Sequence record: MW822007.1 | DNA: 64,000 bases | Direction: 5' to 3' (one strand) | DNA from: Escherichia phage BF15 | Part shown: positions 43,206-53,811 of the stretch, piece after piece | Position numbering within the stretch: the first letter of the stretch is position 1 | Layout of the letters: each line of letters opens with the position of its first letter | Notes under the pieces: generated by a model | The model's input: the letters and a program-made list of their open reading frames with translations, nothing else | Told to the model about the DNA's origin: nothing | The model's database searches: none | Program-made: the position numbers and the translations under genes

Positions 43206-43540
43206 AGTAGAAAATCTAATGTATTAGTTTTTTCACAACGAACAACAGAAGGACGTAAAAGATTTTCGTCAATAGCTTCTGACTGAATTTTTTCAATTAT
43301 ACCCGAAGGAATAAATTTAGCAAATTGAGTTTCAGGAATAGAATTTTCTTCCAAGAATGCTGTTGTAGCTTCAAGATAACTCATTCCAAACTCTTCTACC
43401 ATTTTTTCAATAATAAATCCATTTTCTTGACGATCAAGCAGTTTTGCTATTTCATCCTTTTCTTTCTTAATTGAAAGTTCTTTTTCTGAAAGACCGGTCT
43501 CATCGACCGGACGAATATCATTTAGAGAAAACTGTGTCAT
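43202..43540 (-). CDS. 33: gp33 late transcription co-activator
   Basis: About 112 aa from MTQFSLND…; acidic; position between dsbA and 59. Confidence 0.8.
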   Translation of the reverse strand: MTQFSLNDIRPVDETGLSEKELSIKKEKDEIAKLLDRQENGFIIEKMVEEFGMSYLEATTAFLEENSIPETQFAKFIPSGIIEKIQSEAIDENLLRPSVVRCEKTNTLDFLL

Positions 43541-43787
43541 AAAGTTCAACTACCTCTTCGGTTTCAGCTTCAAACACATCACGGTTATCTTTATGATACA
43601 AAGCTAAAAGACGATTAAACATCTTACCATCAACGCCAAGTTCATCTTTGGCGCGAATTCGAATATCTTTAATCAATTCATTATAACCAGAAATTTTCAG
43701 TTTATGATCAGATGCTTCTTTGATAAATTTAGCCAAGTCTTCGCCATGGATAGCTTCATCAAATTCAACCATTTCTTTTTTAGCCAT
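43518..43787 (-). CDS. dsbA: DsbA double-stranded DNA-binding protein
   Basis: 89 aa, same length and position as T4 DsbA. Confidence 0.8.
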   Translation of the reverse strand: MAKKEMVEFDEAIHGEDLAKFIKEASDHKLKISGYNELIKDIRIRAKDELGVDGKMFNRLLALYHKDNRDVFEAETEEVVELYDTVFSK

Positions 43788-43795
43788 TATTCACC

Positions 43796-44713
43796 TCAAA
43801 ATTCATTAATGCTATTAGTTAATTTAGAAAGACCCGCTTTTACAAAATATGAATAAATTTTGCCACGCGGTGGTAATTTATATGAATTATAGTAATTCAC
43901 AATGTTTGAAGCAATATTATCAGGAATATAATCAAAATCAATTAGAACTAAATTTTCTTTATATCGATTATATTCAGATTCAGTGAGAAGCACCTTAGCT
44001 TGCTCACGGTCATTAGCAATAGCTTCAACAACAGATGTTTTCATTGAAGGAGTTCGTTCACCTTCAACTCTGGTAAACCAAAAGTCAGATCGTACTTTAA
44101 CTGAAGCAACGTTATCCTTTTTGTCGCCTTTAAGGATTTTAGTCATGCAGTCAATTTCAGCAGAACCGCTTTTAATTTTAACCCATTTCTTGTGCATCGG
44201 TGACCATTGCTTAACATTTGGATACTTGTGAAGTTGAGTAAAGTCACCATCCGATGAAATGATTAAAATTTTATGTCCTTCTAAAGAGAACTTTTTAACA
44301 AGAACAGCAATGTGATCATCTGCTTCATACTTATCAATATCCATAACAATGTATGGCATATAAGCTTTCAATTCATCTATAACTTTATGACTGGATTCAA
44401 AATAACCTTCCCAGTCCCAAGTAGATTCTTCTCGTGCTTTTCCACGGTTTTTCTTATAATAATAAGCAAAATCACGACGCCAGTATCCAGATTTCGCGTT
44501 ATCGATACACAGTATAATTTTAGTGTATCCAAGAGTTTTTGCTTTTTTGACATTAAACTTAATTGAGTTCAATATCAAATGACGAACCATTGATAAATTA
44601 ATTTTTTCTTTATCTGGAAAGTTTACTAGAGCAGTCGAAAGTGCAATTTGACTAAAGTCAATTAAGCAAATTCCTTCTTTGTAATCTTCATCCAGCATCA
44701 TTTCTAAATCCAT
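43796..44713 (-). CDS. rnh: RNase H (5'-3' exonuclease, FEN family)
   Basis: About 305 aa from MDLEMM…; upstream of the divergent gene 34. Confidence 0.85.
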   Translation of the reverse strand: MDLEMMLDEDYKEGICLIDFSQIALSTALVNFPDKEKINLSMVRHLILNSIKFNVKKAKTLGYTKIILCIDNAKSGYWRRDFAYYYKKNRGKAREESTWDWEGYFESSHKVIDELKAYMPYIVMDIDKYEADDHIAVLVKKFSLEGHKILIISSDGDFTQLHKYPNVKQWSPMHKKWVKIKSGSAEIDCMTKILKGDKKDNVASVKVRSDFWFTRVEGERTPSMKTSVVEAIANDREQAKVLLTESEYNRYKENLVLIDFDYIPDNIASNIVNYYNSYKLPPRGKIYSYFVKAGLSKLTNSINEF

Positions 44714-44775
44714 ATGAACCTCGTTCAATTAGTGAGATTTTTATTATATACCATCCGAATCTTAAAGTAAACAAG

Positions 44776-44783
44776 TATAAATA
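44776..44783 (+). promoter_or_regulatory. late promoter TATAAATA for gene 34
   Basis: Exact TATAAATA about 35 nt upstream of the gene 34 ATG; RBS GGAG. Confidence 0.55.
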
Positions 44784-44817
44784 CTTATTATTGAAAACAC
44801 AATAGGAGCCCGGGAGA

Positions 44818-47800
44818 ATGGCCGAGATTAAAAGAAAGTTCAGAGCAGAAGACGGTCTGGACGCAGGTGGCGATAAAATAATCAACGTAGCTTTAGCTGA
44901 TCGTACCGTAGGAACTGACGGTGTTAACGTTGATTACTTAATTCAAGAAAACACAGTTCAACAATACGATCCAACTCGTGGATATTTAAAAGATTTTGTA
45001 ATCATTTATGATAACCGCTTTTGGGCTGCTATAAATGATATTCCAAAACCGGCAGGAGCTTTTAATAGCGTACGCTGGAGAGCATTACGTACTGATGCTA
45101 ATTGGACAACCGTTTCATCAGGACCTTATCAATTAAAGTCAGGCGAATCAATTTCAGTTGATACTGCAGCTGGTAATGACATTACATTTACTTTACCATC
45201 TTCCCCAATTGATGGAGATACTATCGTTCTCCAAGACATTGGAGGAAAACCTGGTGTTAACCAAGTTTTAATTACAGCTCCGGTGCAAAGCATTGTAAAT
45301 TTTAGAGGTCAGCAAGTACGATCAGTACTAATGACTCATCCAAAATCGCAGATAGTTTTAATTTTTAGTAATCGTCTGTGGCAAATGTATGTTGCTGATT
45401 ATAGCAGAGAAGCTGTAGTTGTGACGCCGGCAAGTCTTTATCAAGCGCAATCTAACGATTTTATCGTGCGCAGATTTACTTCAGCCGCGGCGATTAATAT
45501 TAAACTTCCGAGATTTGCTAATCATGGCGATATTATTAATTTCGTCGATTTGGACAAATTAAATCCACTTTATCATACAATTGTCACAACATACGATGAA
45601 ACGACATCAGTACAAGAAGATGGAACTCATTCTATTGAAGGACGTACATCGATTGATGGTTTCTTGATGTATGATGATAATGAAAAATTGTGGAGATTGT
45701 TTGACGGGGATAGTAAAGCACGTTTACGTATTATAACAACTAATTCAAATATTCGTCCAAATGAAGAAGTTATGGTATTTGGTGCGAATAACGGAACAAC
45801 TCAAGCAATTGAACTTCAGCTTCCAACCGATATTTCTATTGGTGATACTGTTAAAATTTCCATGAATTACATGAGAAAAGGCCAAACAGTTAAAATCAAA
45901 GCTGCCGGTGAAGATAAAATTGCTTCTTCAGTTCAATTGCTGCAATTCCCAAAACGTTCAGAATATCCGCCTGAAACTAAATGGGTGACTGTTCAAGAAT
46001 TAGTTTTTAACGGCGAAACCAATTATGTTCCAGTTTTACAGCTTGCTTATATAGAAGATTCTGATGGAAAATACTGGGTGGTGCAGCAAAACGTGCCAAC
46101 AGTTGAAAGAGTTGATTCTTTAAATGATTCTACTAGAGCAAGATTAGGCGTAATTGCTTTAGCTACACAAGCTCAAGCAAATGCTGATTTAGAAAATTCT
46201 CCGCAAAAAGAATTAGCAATTACACCAGAAACATTAGCTAACCGTACTGCCACAGAAACTCGTAGAGGTATCGCAAGAATAGCAACTACTGCCCAAGTGA
46301 ACCAGGATACTACATTCTCTTTTGCTGATGATATTATCATCACTCCTAAAAAGCTGAATGAAAGAACTGCCACAGAAACTCGTAGAGGTGTTGCTGAAAT
46401 TGCTACACAGCAAGAAACTAATGCAGGTACTGATGATGCTACAATCATCACTCCTAAAAAGCTTCAAGCTCGTCAAGGTTCTGAATCATTATCTGGTATT
46501 GTAACCTTTGTATCTACCGCAGGAGCTACTCCAGCTTCTAGTCGTGAATTAAATGGTACAAATGTTTATAATAAAAACACTAATAATTTAGTTGTTTCGC
46601 CTAAAGCTTTGGATCAGTATAAAGCTACTCCAACACAACAAGGTGCAGTAATTTTAGCAGTTGAAAGTGAAGTAATTGCTGGACAAAGCCAAGAAGGATG
46701 GGCAAATGCGGTTGTAACGCCAGAAACGCTACATAAAAAGACATCAACTGATGGAAGAATTGGTTTAATTGAAATTGCTACGCAAAGTGAAGTTAATACA
46801 GGAACTGACTATACACGTGCAGTCACTCCTAAAACTTTAAATGACCGTAGAGCAACTGAAAGTTTAAGTGGTATAGCTGAAATTGCGACACAAGTTGAAT
46901 TCGACGCAGGCGTCGACGATACTCGTATCTCTACACCATTAAAAATTAAAACCAGATTTAATAGTACTGATCGTACTTCTGTTGTTGCTCTATCTGGATT
47001 AGTTGAATCAGGAACTCTCTGGGACCATTATACCCTTAATATTCTTGAAGCAAATGAGACACAACGTGGTACACTTCGTGTAGCTACACAGGTCGAAGCT
47101 GCTGCAGGAACATTAGATAATGTTTTAATAACTCCTAAAAAGCTTTTAGGTACTAAATCTACTGAAGCGCAAGAAGGTGTTATTAAAGTTGCAACTCAGT
47201 CTGAAACTGTGACTGGAACATCAGCAAATACTGCTGTATCTCCAAAAAATTTAAAATGGATTGCGCAGAGTGAACCTACTTGGGCAGCGACTACTGCGAT
47301 AAGGGGCTTTGTTAAAACTTCATCTGGTTCAATTACGTTCGTTGGTAATGATACAGTCGGTTCTACTCAAGATTTAGAACTGTATGAGAAAAATAGTTAT
47401 GCAGTATCACCATATGAATTAAACCGTGTATTAGCAAATTATCTGCCGTTAAAAGCAAAAGCTGTAGATAGTAATTTATTGGATGGTCTAGATTCATCTC
47501 AGTTCATTCGTAGGGATATTGCACAGACTGTTAATGGTTCACTAACCTTAACCCAACAAACGAATCTGAGTGCCCCTCTTGTATCATCTAGTACTGCTAC
47601 GTTTGGTGGATCAGTTACGGCAAATAGTGTACTAACTATTTCTAATACTGGAACAGAAACTCATCTGATTTTTGAGAAAGGACCTCAAACTGGAACTAAC
47701 CAAGCACAGACGGTGACTATTAGAGTGTGGGGTAATCAATTTAGTGGGGAATCAGACACAACACGTTCTACTGTATTTGAAGTTGGTGATGAAACATCTA

Positions 47801-48687
47801 ATCACTTTTATTCTCAACGTGATAAAGCTGGAAATATAACATTTAATATCAATGGTACAGTAACACCTATAAATGTTAATGCTTCAGGAACATTGAATGC
47901 AAATGGTGTAGCAACATTTGGTAATTCAGTCACTGCAACTGGTGAAATTATTTCTCGAAGCGCAAATGCTTTCCGTGCTATTAACGGAAATTATGGTTTC
48001 ATTGTTCGCAATGACGGGTCAGTAACGAATTTTATGCTTACTGCATCGGGTGATCAGACTGGCGGATTTAATGGATTGCGTCCTTTAGCTATTAATAATG
48101 CATCTGGCCAAGTAACGATTGGTGAAAGCTTAATCATTGCCAAAGGTGCTACTATAAATTCAGGCGGTTTGACTGTTAACTCGAGAATTCGTTCTCAGGG
48201 CACTAAAACATCTGATTTATACACTCGCGCACCAACATCTGATACAGTAGGATTCTGGTCAATCGATATTAACGATTCAGCCACTTATAACCAGTTCCCT
48301 GGTTATTTTAAAATGGTTGAAAAAACTAATGAAGTGACTGGACTTCCATACTTAGAACGTGGCGAAGAAGTTAAATCTCCTGGTACACTGACCCAGTTTG
48401 GTAACACACTTGATTCGCTTTACCAAGATTGGATTACTTATCCAACAACACCAGAAGCACGTACCACTCGTTGGACACGCACATGGCAGAAAACCAAAAA
48501 CTCTTGGTCAAGTTTTGTTCAGGTATTTGATGGAGGTAACCCTCCTCAGCCATCTGATATTGGTGCTTTACCATCTGATAATGCTATAATGGGGAATCTT
48601 ACTATTCGTGATTTCTTACGAATTGGTAATGTTCGCATTGTTCCTGACCCAGTGAATAAAACGGTTAAATTTGAATGGGTTGAATAA
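44818..48687 (+). CDS. 34: long tail fiber proximal subunit gp34
   Basis: 1289 aa; repetitive beta-rich fiber sequence. Confidence 0.95.
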   Translation: MAEIKRKFRAEDGLDAGGDKIINVALADRTVGTDGVNVDYLIQENTVQQYDPTRGYLKDFVIIYDNRFWAAINDIPKPAGAFNSVRWRALRTDANWTTVSSGPYQLKSGESISVDTAAGNDITFTLPSSPIDGDTIVLQDIGGKPGVNQVLITAPVQSIVNFRGQQVRSVLMTHPKSQIVLIFSNRLWQMYVADYSREAVVVTPASLYQAQSNDFIVRRFTSAAAINIKLPRFANHGDIINFVDLDKLNPLYHTIVTTYDETTSVQEDGTHSIEGRTSIDGFLMYDDNEKLWRLFDGDSKARLRIITTNSNIRPNEEVMVFGANNGTTQAIELQLPTDISIGDTVKISMNYMRKGQTVKIKAAGEDKIASSVQLLQFPKRSEYPPETKWVTVQELVFNGETNYVPVLQLAYIEDSDGKYWVVQQNVPTVERVDSLNDSTRARLGVIALATQAQANADLENSPQKELAITPETLANRTATETRRGIARIATTAQVNQDTTFSFADDIIITPKKLNERTATETRRGVAEIATQQETNAGTDDATIITPKKLQARQGSESLSGIVTFVSTAGATPASSRELNGTNVYNKNTNNLVVSPKALDQYKATPTQQGAVILAVESEVIAGQSQEGWANAVVTPETLHKKTSTDGRIGLIEIATQSEVNTGTDYTRAVTPKTLNDRRATESLSGIAEIATQVEFDAGVDDTRISTPLKIKTRFNSTDRTSVVALSGLVESGTLWDHYTLNILEANETQRGTLRVATQVEAAAGTLDNVLITPKKLLGTKSTEAQEGVIKVATQSETVTGTSANTAVSPKNLKWIAQSEPTWAATTAIRGFVKTSSGSITFVGNDTVGSTQDLELYEKNSYAVSPYELNRVLANYLPLKAKAVDSNLLDGLDSSQFIRRDIAQTVNGSLTLTQQTNLSAPLVSSSTATFGGSVTANSVLTISNTGTETHLIFEKGPQTGTNQAQTVTIRVWGNQFSGESDTTRSTVFEVGDETSNHFYSQRDKAGNITFNINGTVTPINVNASGTLNANGVATFGNSVTATGEIISRSANAFRAINGNYGFIVRNDGSVTNFMLTASGDQTGGFNGLRPLAINNASGQVTIGESLIIAKGATINSGGLTVNSRIRSQGTKTSDLYTRAPTSDTVGFWSIDINDSATYNQFPGYFKMVEKTNEVTGLPYLERGEEVKSPGTLTQFGNTLDSLYQDWITYPTTPEARTTRWTRTWQKTKNSWSSFVQVFDGGNPPQPSDIGALPSDNAIMGNLTIRDFLRIGNVRIVPDPVNKTVKFEWVE

Positions 48688-48695
48688 GAGGTATT

Positions 48696-49814
48696 ATGGA
48701 AAAATTTATGGCAGAGTTTGGACAAGGATATGTCCAAACGCCATTTTTATCGGAAAGTAATTCAGTAAGATACAAAATAAGTATAGCGGGTTCTTGCCCG
48801 CTTTCTACTGCAGAAGGACCATACGTTAAATTTCAGGATAATCCTGTAGGAAGTCAAACATTTAGCGCAGGCCTTCATTTAAGAGTTTTTGACCCTTCCA
48901 CAGGAGCATTAGTTGATAGTAAGTCATATGCTTTTTCGACTTCAAATGATACAACATCTGCCGCTTTTGTTAGTTTCATGAATTCTTTGACGAATAATCG
49001 AATTGTTGCTATATTAACTAACGGAAAGGTTAATTTTCCTCCTGAAGTAGCATCTTGGCTAAGAGCCGCGGGAACGTCTGCTTTTCCATCTGACTCTGTA
49101 TTGTCAAGATTCGACGTATCATATGCTGCTTTTTATACTTCTTCTAAAAGAGCTATCGCATTAGAGCATGTTAAATTAAGTAATAGAAAAAGCACAGATG
49201 ATTATCAAACTGTTTTAGATGTTGTATTTGACAGTTTAGAAGACGTCGGAGCTACCGGGTTTCCAAGAAGAACATATGAAAGCGTTGAGCAGTTTATGTC
49301 AGCGGTTGGTGGAACTAATAACGAAATTGCACGTTTACCAACTTCATCCGCGATAAGTAAATTATCTGATTATAATTTAATTCCTGGCGATGTTCTTTAT
49401 CTTAAAGCACAGTTATATGCTGATGCCGATTTACTTGCGCTTGGAACTACAAATATATCTATCCGTTTTTATGATGAATCGAATGGATATATTTCTTCAA
49501 CACATGCTGAGTTTACTGGACAAGCTGGGTCATGGGAATTAAAGGAAGATTATGTAGTTATTCCAGAAAACGCAGTAGGATTTACGATATATGCACAAAG
49601 AACTGCTCAAGCTGGTCAAGGCGGCATGAGAAATTTAAGCTTTTCTGAAGTATCAAGAAATGGTGGAATTTCAAAACCTGCTGAATTTGGCGTCAATGGT
49701 ATTCGAGTTAATTATGTCTGTGAATCTGCTTCACCTCCGGATATAATGGTACTTCCTACGCAAGCATCGTCTAAAACTGGTAAAGTGTTTGGACAAGAAT
49801 TTAGAGAAGTTTAA
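48696..49814 (+). CDS. 35: long tail fiber hinge protein gp35
   Basis: 372 aa; follows gene 34. Confidence 0.9.
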   Translation: MEKFMAEFGQGYVQTPFLSESNSVRYKISIAGSCPLSTAEGPYVKFQDNPVGSQTFSAGLHLRVFDPSTGALVDSKSYAFSTSNDTTSAAFVSFMNSLTNNRIVAILTNGKVNFPPEVASWLRAAGTSAFPSDSVLSRFDVSYAAFYTSSKRAIALEHVKLSNRKSTDDYQTVLDVVFDSLEDVGATGFPRRTYESVEQFMSAVGGTNNEIARLPTSSAISKLSDYNLIPGDVLYLKAQLYADADLLALGTTNISIRFYDESNGYISSTHAEFTGQAGSWELKEDYVVIPENAVGFTIYAQRTAQAGQGGMRNLSFSEVSRNGGISKPAEFGVNGIRVNYVCESASPPDIMVLPTQASSKTGKVFGQEFREV

Positions 49815-49819
49815 ATTGA

Positions 49820-49845
49820 GGGAGCCTTCGGGTTCCCTTTTTCTT
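49820..49845 (+). terminator. terminator after gene 35
   Basis: GGGAGCC-TTCG-GGTTCCC hairpin followed by T-run. Confidence 0.55.
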
Positions 49846-49853
49846 TATAAATA
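49846..49853 (+). promoter_or_regulatory. late promoter TATAAATA for gene 36
   Basis: Exact TATAAATA about 24 nt upstream of the gene 36 ATG. Confidence 0.55.
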
Positions 49854-49876
49854 CTATTAAAATAAAGGGGCATACA

Positions 49877-50533
49877 ATGGCTGATTTAAAAGTAGGTTCA
49901 ACAACTGGAGGCTCTGTCATTTGGCATCAAGGAAATTTTCCATTGAATCCAGCCGGTGACGATGTACTCTATAAATCATTTAAAATATATTCAGAATACA
50001 ATAAACCACAAGCTGCTGATAACGATTTCGTTTCTAAAGCTAATGGTGGTACTTATTTAAATAGAGTAATTTTTAATAATGGAATAACGATTCCATTAGC
50101 AAGTAATTCTGGAAATGGTATATATCCTGGTAATGATGATGGAGCAACATTTGATACTACAAATATGGATATTGTTTCGTGGTATGGTATTGGTTTTAAA
50201 TCATCACAAGGTTCAGCAGACCGAACTGTTGTAATTAACACTCGAAATGGAGATATTAGCTCAAAGGGCGTAATTGAAGCATCACAAATCCGTGTAACTT
50301 CGTTATCACCAGTAAATAATTATGACCTTACACGGAAAGATTATGTTGATGGAGCAATAAATATTGTTACAGCAAACGCAAACTCTAGGGTATTACGCTC
50401 TGGAGACACTATGACAGGAAATTTAACTGCGCCAAACCTTTTTTCACAGAATCCCGCATCTCAACCTTCACATGTTCCACGATTTGACCAAATCGTGATT
50501 AAGGATTCTGTTCAAGATTTCGGCTATTATTAA
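49877..50533 (+). CDS. 36: long tail fiber distal connector gp36
   Basis: 218 aa; position between 35 and 37. Confidence 0.85.
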   Translation: MADLKVGSTTGGSVIWHQGNFPLNPAGDDVLYKSFKIYSEYNKPQAADNDFVSKANGGTYLNRVIFNNGITIPLASNSGNGIYPGNDDGATFDTTNMDIVSWYGIGFKSSQGSADRTVVINTRNGDISSKGVIEASQIRVTSLSPVNNYDLTRKDYVDGAINIVTANANSRVLRSGDTMTGNLTAPNLFSQNPASQPSHVPRFDQIVIKDSVQDFGYY

Positions 50534-50541
50534 GAGGACTT

Positions 50542-53500
50542 ATGGCTACTTTAAAACAAATACAATTTAAAAGAAGCAAAACTGCAGGAGCACGTCCTGC
50601 CGCTTCAGTATTAGCCGAAGGTGAATTGGCTATAAACTTAAAAGACCGTGTACTTTTTACTAAAGATGACCAAGGAAATATTATCGATCTGGGTTTTGCT
50701 AAAGGCGGTAGTATTGACGGGAATGTTATTCATACAGGCAATTATAACCAAACTGGCGATTATACTTTAAATGGCACCTTCACTCAGACTGGTAATTTTA
50801 ATTTAACTGGTATTGCTCGAGTAACTCGCGATATTATTGCCGCTGGGCAGATTATGACTGAAGGCGGAGAACTTATTACAAAAAGTTCAGGTACAGCGCA
50901 TGTTCGTTTTTTCGATAACAATAGTCGCGAACGTGGAATCATTTATGCCCCGGCTAATGATGGTTTAACTACACAAGTACTTAATATCAGGGTTCAAGAC
51001 TACGCCGCTGGTGATGAAAGCACCTATGCATTTTCGGGCAGTGGCCTATTTACTTCACCTGAAGTATCAGCATGGAAATCTATTTCGTCTCCACAAATTC
51101 TGACCGATAAAGTTATTACAAATGGGAAGAAGACAGGCGATTATGATATATCTTCATTAGCAAATAATAATTCTGATACAGATAAAAACTATTTGCGCAT
51201 TGTACGTACCGACCCAGCGGCCGCAATGCTCCATGAAATTTGCGAAAATAACGGCATCAGTTGGTATTCCGGTTCAACCCCTACTGATTACATGTTGTCT
51301 TTTGCTTATTCAGGTGGTTTTCAAGCTGGGCATTCGATTGCAGTAGGTATGGAATCAGGGCCTATAACATATTCAGCCTTAGGTAAAGGTTCTATTGCTC
51401 TTGGCGATAATGACACCGGGCTAAAATGGCATCAGGATGGATATTTTTTTACGGTAAGCAACGGTACAAAAACTTTCCTTTCTGGTCCGGCGGAAACCAC
51501 TAGCCTTAGAAAAATGGTTATGGGTTATTCTGTAAATGGTACTGATTTGACTACTCCTCCAACTGAAAATTATGCTCTTGCAACTGTAGTTACTTACCAT
51601 GATAATAACGCGTATGGTGACGGTCAGACTCTTTTAGGATATTATCAAGGTGGTAATTACCACCACTATTTCCGTGGTAAAGGCACTACAAATATTAACA
51701 CTGCAGGCGGATTGTTAGTTACTCCAGGCAATATTGACGTTATTGGTGGTTCTGTTAATATCGATGGTAGAAATAATTCTTCTACGCTGATGTTTAGAGG
51801 TAACACAACAGGATACAGCTCAGTTGATAATATGGATATTAAAGTTTGGGGTAATACTTTTGTTGATCCAAGCGAAGGCACCCGTAAAAATATCATGGAA
51901 ATTTCTGATGCAACTAGTTGGATGAGCTATATTCAAAGACTTACAACAGGTGAAGTAGAAATGAACGTTAACGGTTCATTTGAATCATCTGGTGTTACTG
52001 CTGGAAATAGAGGAGTTCACACAACAGGCGAAATTTCATCTGGAGCAGTGAATGCGCTTCGCATTTGGAACGCAGATTATGGAGCTATTTTTAGACGTTC
52101 AGAAGGTAGTCTTCATATTATTCCAACTGCTTATGGTGAAGGTAAACATGGTGATATCGGTCCACTTCGCCCGTTTAGTATGGCTTTAGATACTGGTAAA
52201 GTTACTATTCCAGATTTACAATCAAGTTACAATACGTTTGCAGCAAACGGTTATATTAAATTTACTGGTCACGGCGCAGGCGCGGGCGGTTATGATATTC
52301 AATATGTTCAAGCAGCTCCTGTTTTCCAAGAAATCGATGATGATGCTATAAGCAAATATTATCCTATTGTTAAACAGAAGTTTTTAAACGGTAAAGCCGT
52401 TTGGTCTTTAGGTACTGAAATTAATTCGGGTACATTTGTTTTACACCATATCAAAGAAGATGGATCACAAGGACATACATCTCGTTTTAATCAAGACGGT
52501 ACGGTTAATTTCCCTGATAATGTTCAGGTTGGTGGTGGTGAAGCTACTATTGCTCGCAACGGTAACATCTGGTCTGATATCTGGAAAACGTTTACTTCAG
52601 CAGGAGACACCACAAATATTCGCGATGCAATAGCTACCCGTGTTTCTAAAGAAGGCGACACGATGACCGGCACTCTTTGGATTAATAAAGATGCTGCTGG
52701 AATAGTTCTTAATCCTCCTTTGGCCAGTGATTCATCATTTATTCGTTCCGATACGGCCGGGGTAAATAATTGGTATATTGGTAAAGGCGGTGCCGACAAT
52801 GGTCTAGGTTTTTACAGTTATGTTACACAAGGCGGTGTATATATAACAAATAACGGAGAAATATCACTTTCTCCTCAAGGCCAAGGAACATTTAATTTTA
52901 ATAGAGACCGCCTCCATATAAACGGTACACAATGGACCGCACACCAGGGAGGTGGTTGGGGAAATCAATGGAATCAAGAAGCACCGGTATTTGTAGATTT
53001 TGGTAATGTTGGTAATGATAGTTATTATCCTATTATTAAAGGAAAATCCGGTATTACTAATGAAGGATACGTATCTGGTGTAGATTTTGGTATGCGACGC
53101 ATTACTAATACATGGGCACAAGGTATTATTCGTGTAGGTAATCAGGAAAATGGTTATGACCCACAAGCTGTATATGAATTCCATCATAACGGTACTTTTT
53201 ATGCTCCAAGCTTACTTAAGAGCAGTAGAGTATCAGCTGGTGGTGGTGACCCAGCATGGGGCAGTCCTTGTATTGTATTAGGTGACAATGATACCGGATT
53301 TCTTTGGGAAGCAGATGGTATTTTCAACGCATATGCAAACGGCCAAGGCGTATTCAGTTTTAGAGCTGGTCTCGCACAAACGTTCGGTAACGTTAACTTC
53401 CACTGTAACGCCGGTATGTATGTTCGTGATAACATTGATGTTAACGATGTTTATATCCGTTCTGATATTCGTTGTAAGTCAGAAATTAAGCTTATTAAGA

Positions 53501-53781
53501 ACGCTCAAGAGAAATCTAAACTCTTAGGCGGCTATACTTATCTGCTTAAAAACCCTGTTACAGACGAAGTTAAACCGTCTGCAGGTTTAATTGCTCAGGA
53601 AGTTCAAGAAGTATTACCTGAACTTGTTTCTGAAGATAAAGAGACCGGCTTACTTCGTTTAAACTATAACGGTATTATCGGTTTAAATACTGCTACTATC
53701 AACGAGCATACTGACGAAATCAAGGAATTGAAATCTGAAATTGCTGAGTTGAAAGCATTAATTAAATCATTGATAAAATAA
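50542..53781 (+). CDS. 37: long tail fiber distal subunit gp37 with C-terminal intramolecular chaperone domain
   Basis: 1079 aa; last 106 aa (from 53461) start S-D-I-R-C-K and contain GLIAQEVQEVLPELV, resembling auto-cleaving chaperone domains of phage fibers. Confidence 0.9.
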   Translation: MATLKQIQFKRSKTAGARPAASVLAEGELAINLKDRVLFTKDDQGNIIDLGFAKGGSIDGNVIHTGNYNQTGDYTLNGTFTQTGNFNLTGIARVTRDIIAAGQIMTEGGELITKSSGTAHVRFFDNNSRERGIIYAPANDGLTTQVLNIRVQDYAAGDESTYAFSGSGLFTSPEVSAWKSISSPQILTDKVITNGKKTGDYDISSLANNNSDTDKNYLRIVRTDPAAAMLHEICENNGISWYSGSTPTDYMLSFAYSGGFQAGHSIAVGMESGPITYSALGKGSIALGDNDTGLKWHQDGYFFTVSNGTKTFLSGPAETTSLRKMVMGYSVNGTDLTTPPTENYALATVVTYHDNNAYGDGQTLLGYYQGGNYHHYFRGKGTTNINTAGGLLVTPGNIDVIGGSVNIDGRNNSSTLMFRGNTTGYSSVDNMDIKVWGNTFVDPSEGTRKNIMEISDATSWMSYIQRLTTGEVEMNVNGSFESSGVTAGNRGVHTTGEISSGAVNALRIWNADYGAIFRRSEGSLHIIPTAYGEGKHGDIGPLRPFSMALDTGKVTIPDLQSSYNTFAANGYIKFTGHGAGAGGYDIQYVQAAPVFQEIDDDAISKYYPIVKQKFLNGKAVWSLGTEINSGTFVLHHIKEDGSQGHTSRFNQDGTVNFPDNVQVGGGEATIARNGNIWSDIWKTFTSAGDTTNIRDAIATRVSKEGDTMTGTLWINKDAAGIVLNPPLASDSSFIRSDTAGVNNWYIGKGGADNGLGFYSYVTQGGVYITNNGEISLSPQGQGTFNFNRDRLHINGTQWTAHQGGGWGNQWNQEAPVFVDFGNVGNDSYYPIIKGKSGITNEGYVSGVDFGMRRITNTWAQGIIRVGNQENGYDPQAVYEFHHNGTFYAPSLLKSSRVSAGGGDPAWGSPCIVLGDNDTGFLWEADGIFNAYANGQGVFSFRAGLAQTFGNVNFHCNAGMYVRDNIDVNDVYIRSDIRCKSEIKLIKNAQEKSKLLGGYTYLLKNPVTDEVKPSAGLIAQEVQEVLPELVSEDKETGLLRLNYNGIIGLNTATINEHTDEIKELKSEIAELKALIKSLIK

Positions 53782-53811
53782 TAAAAGGGCCTTCGGGCCC
53801 TGGAGGTTTAT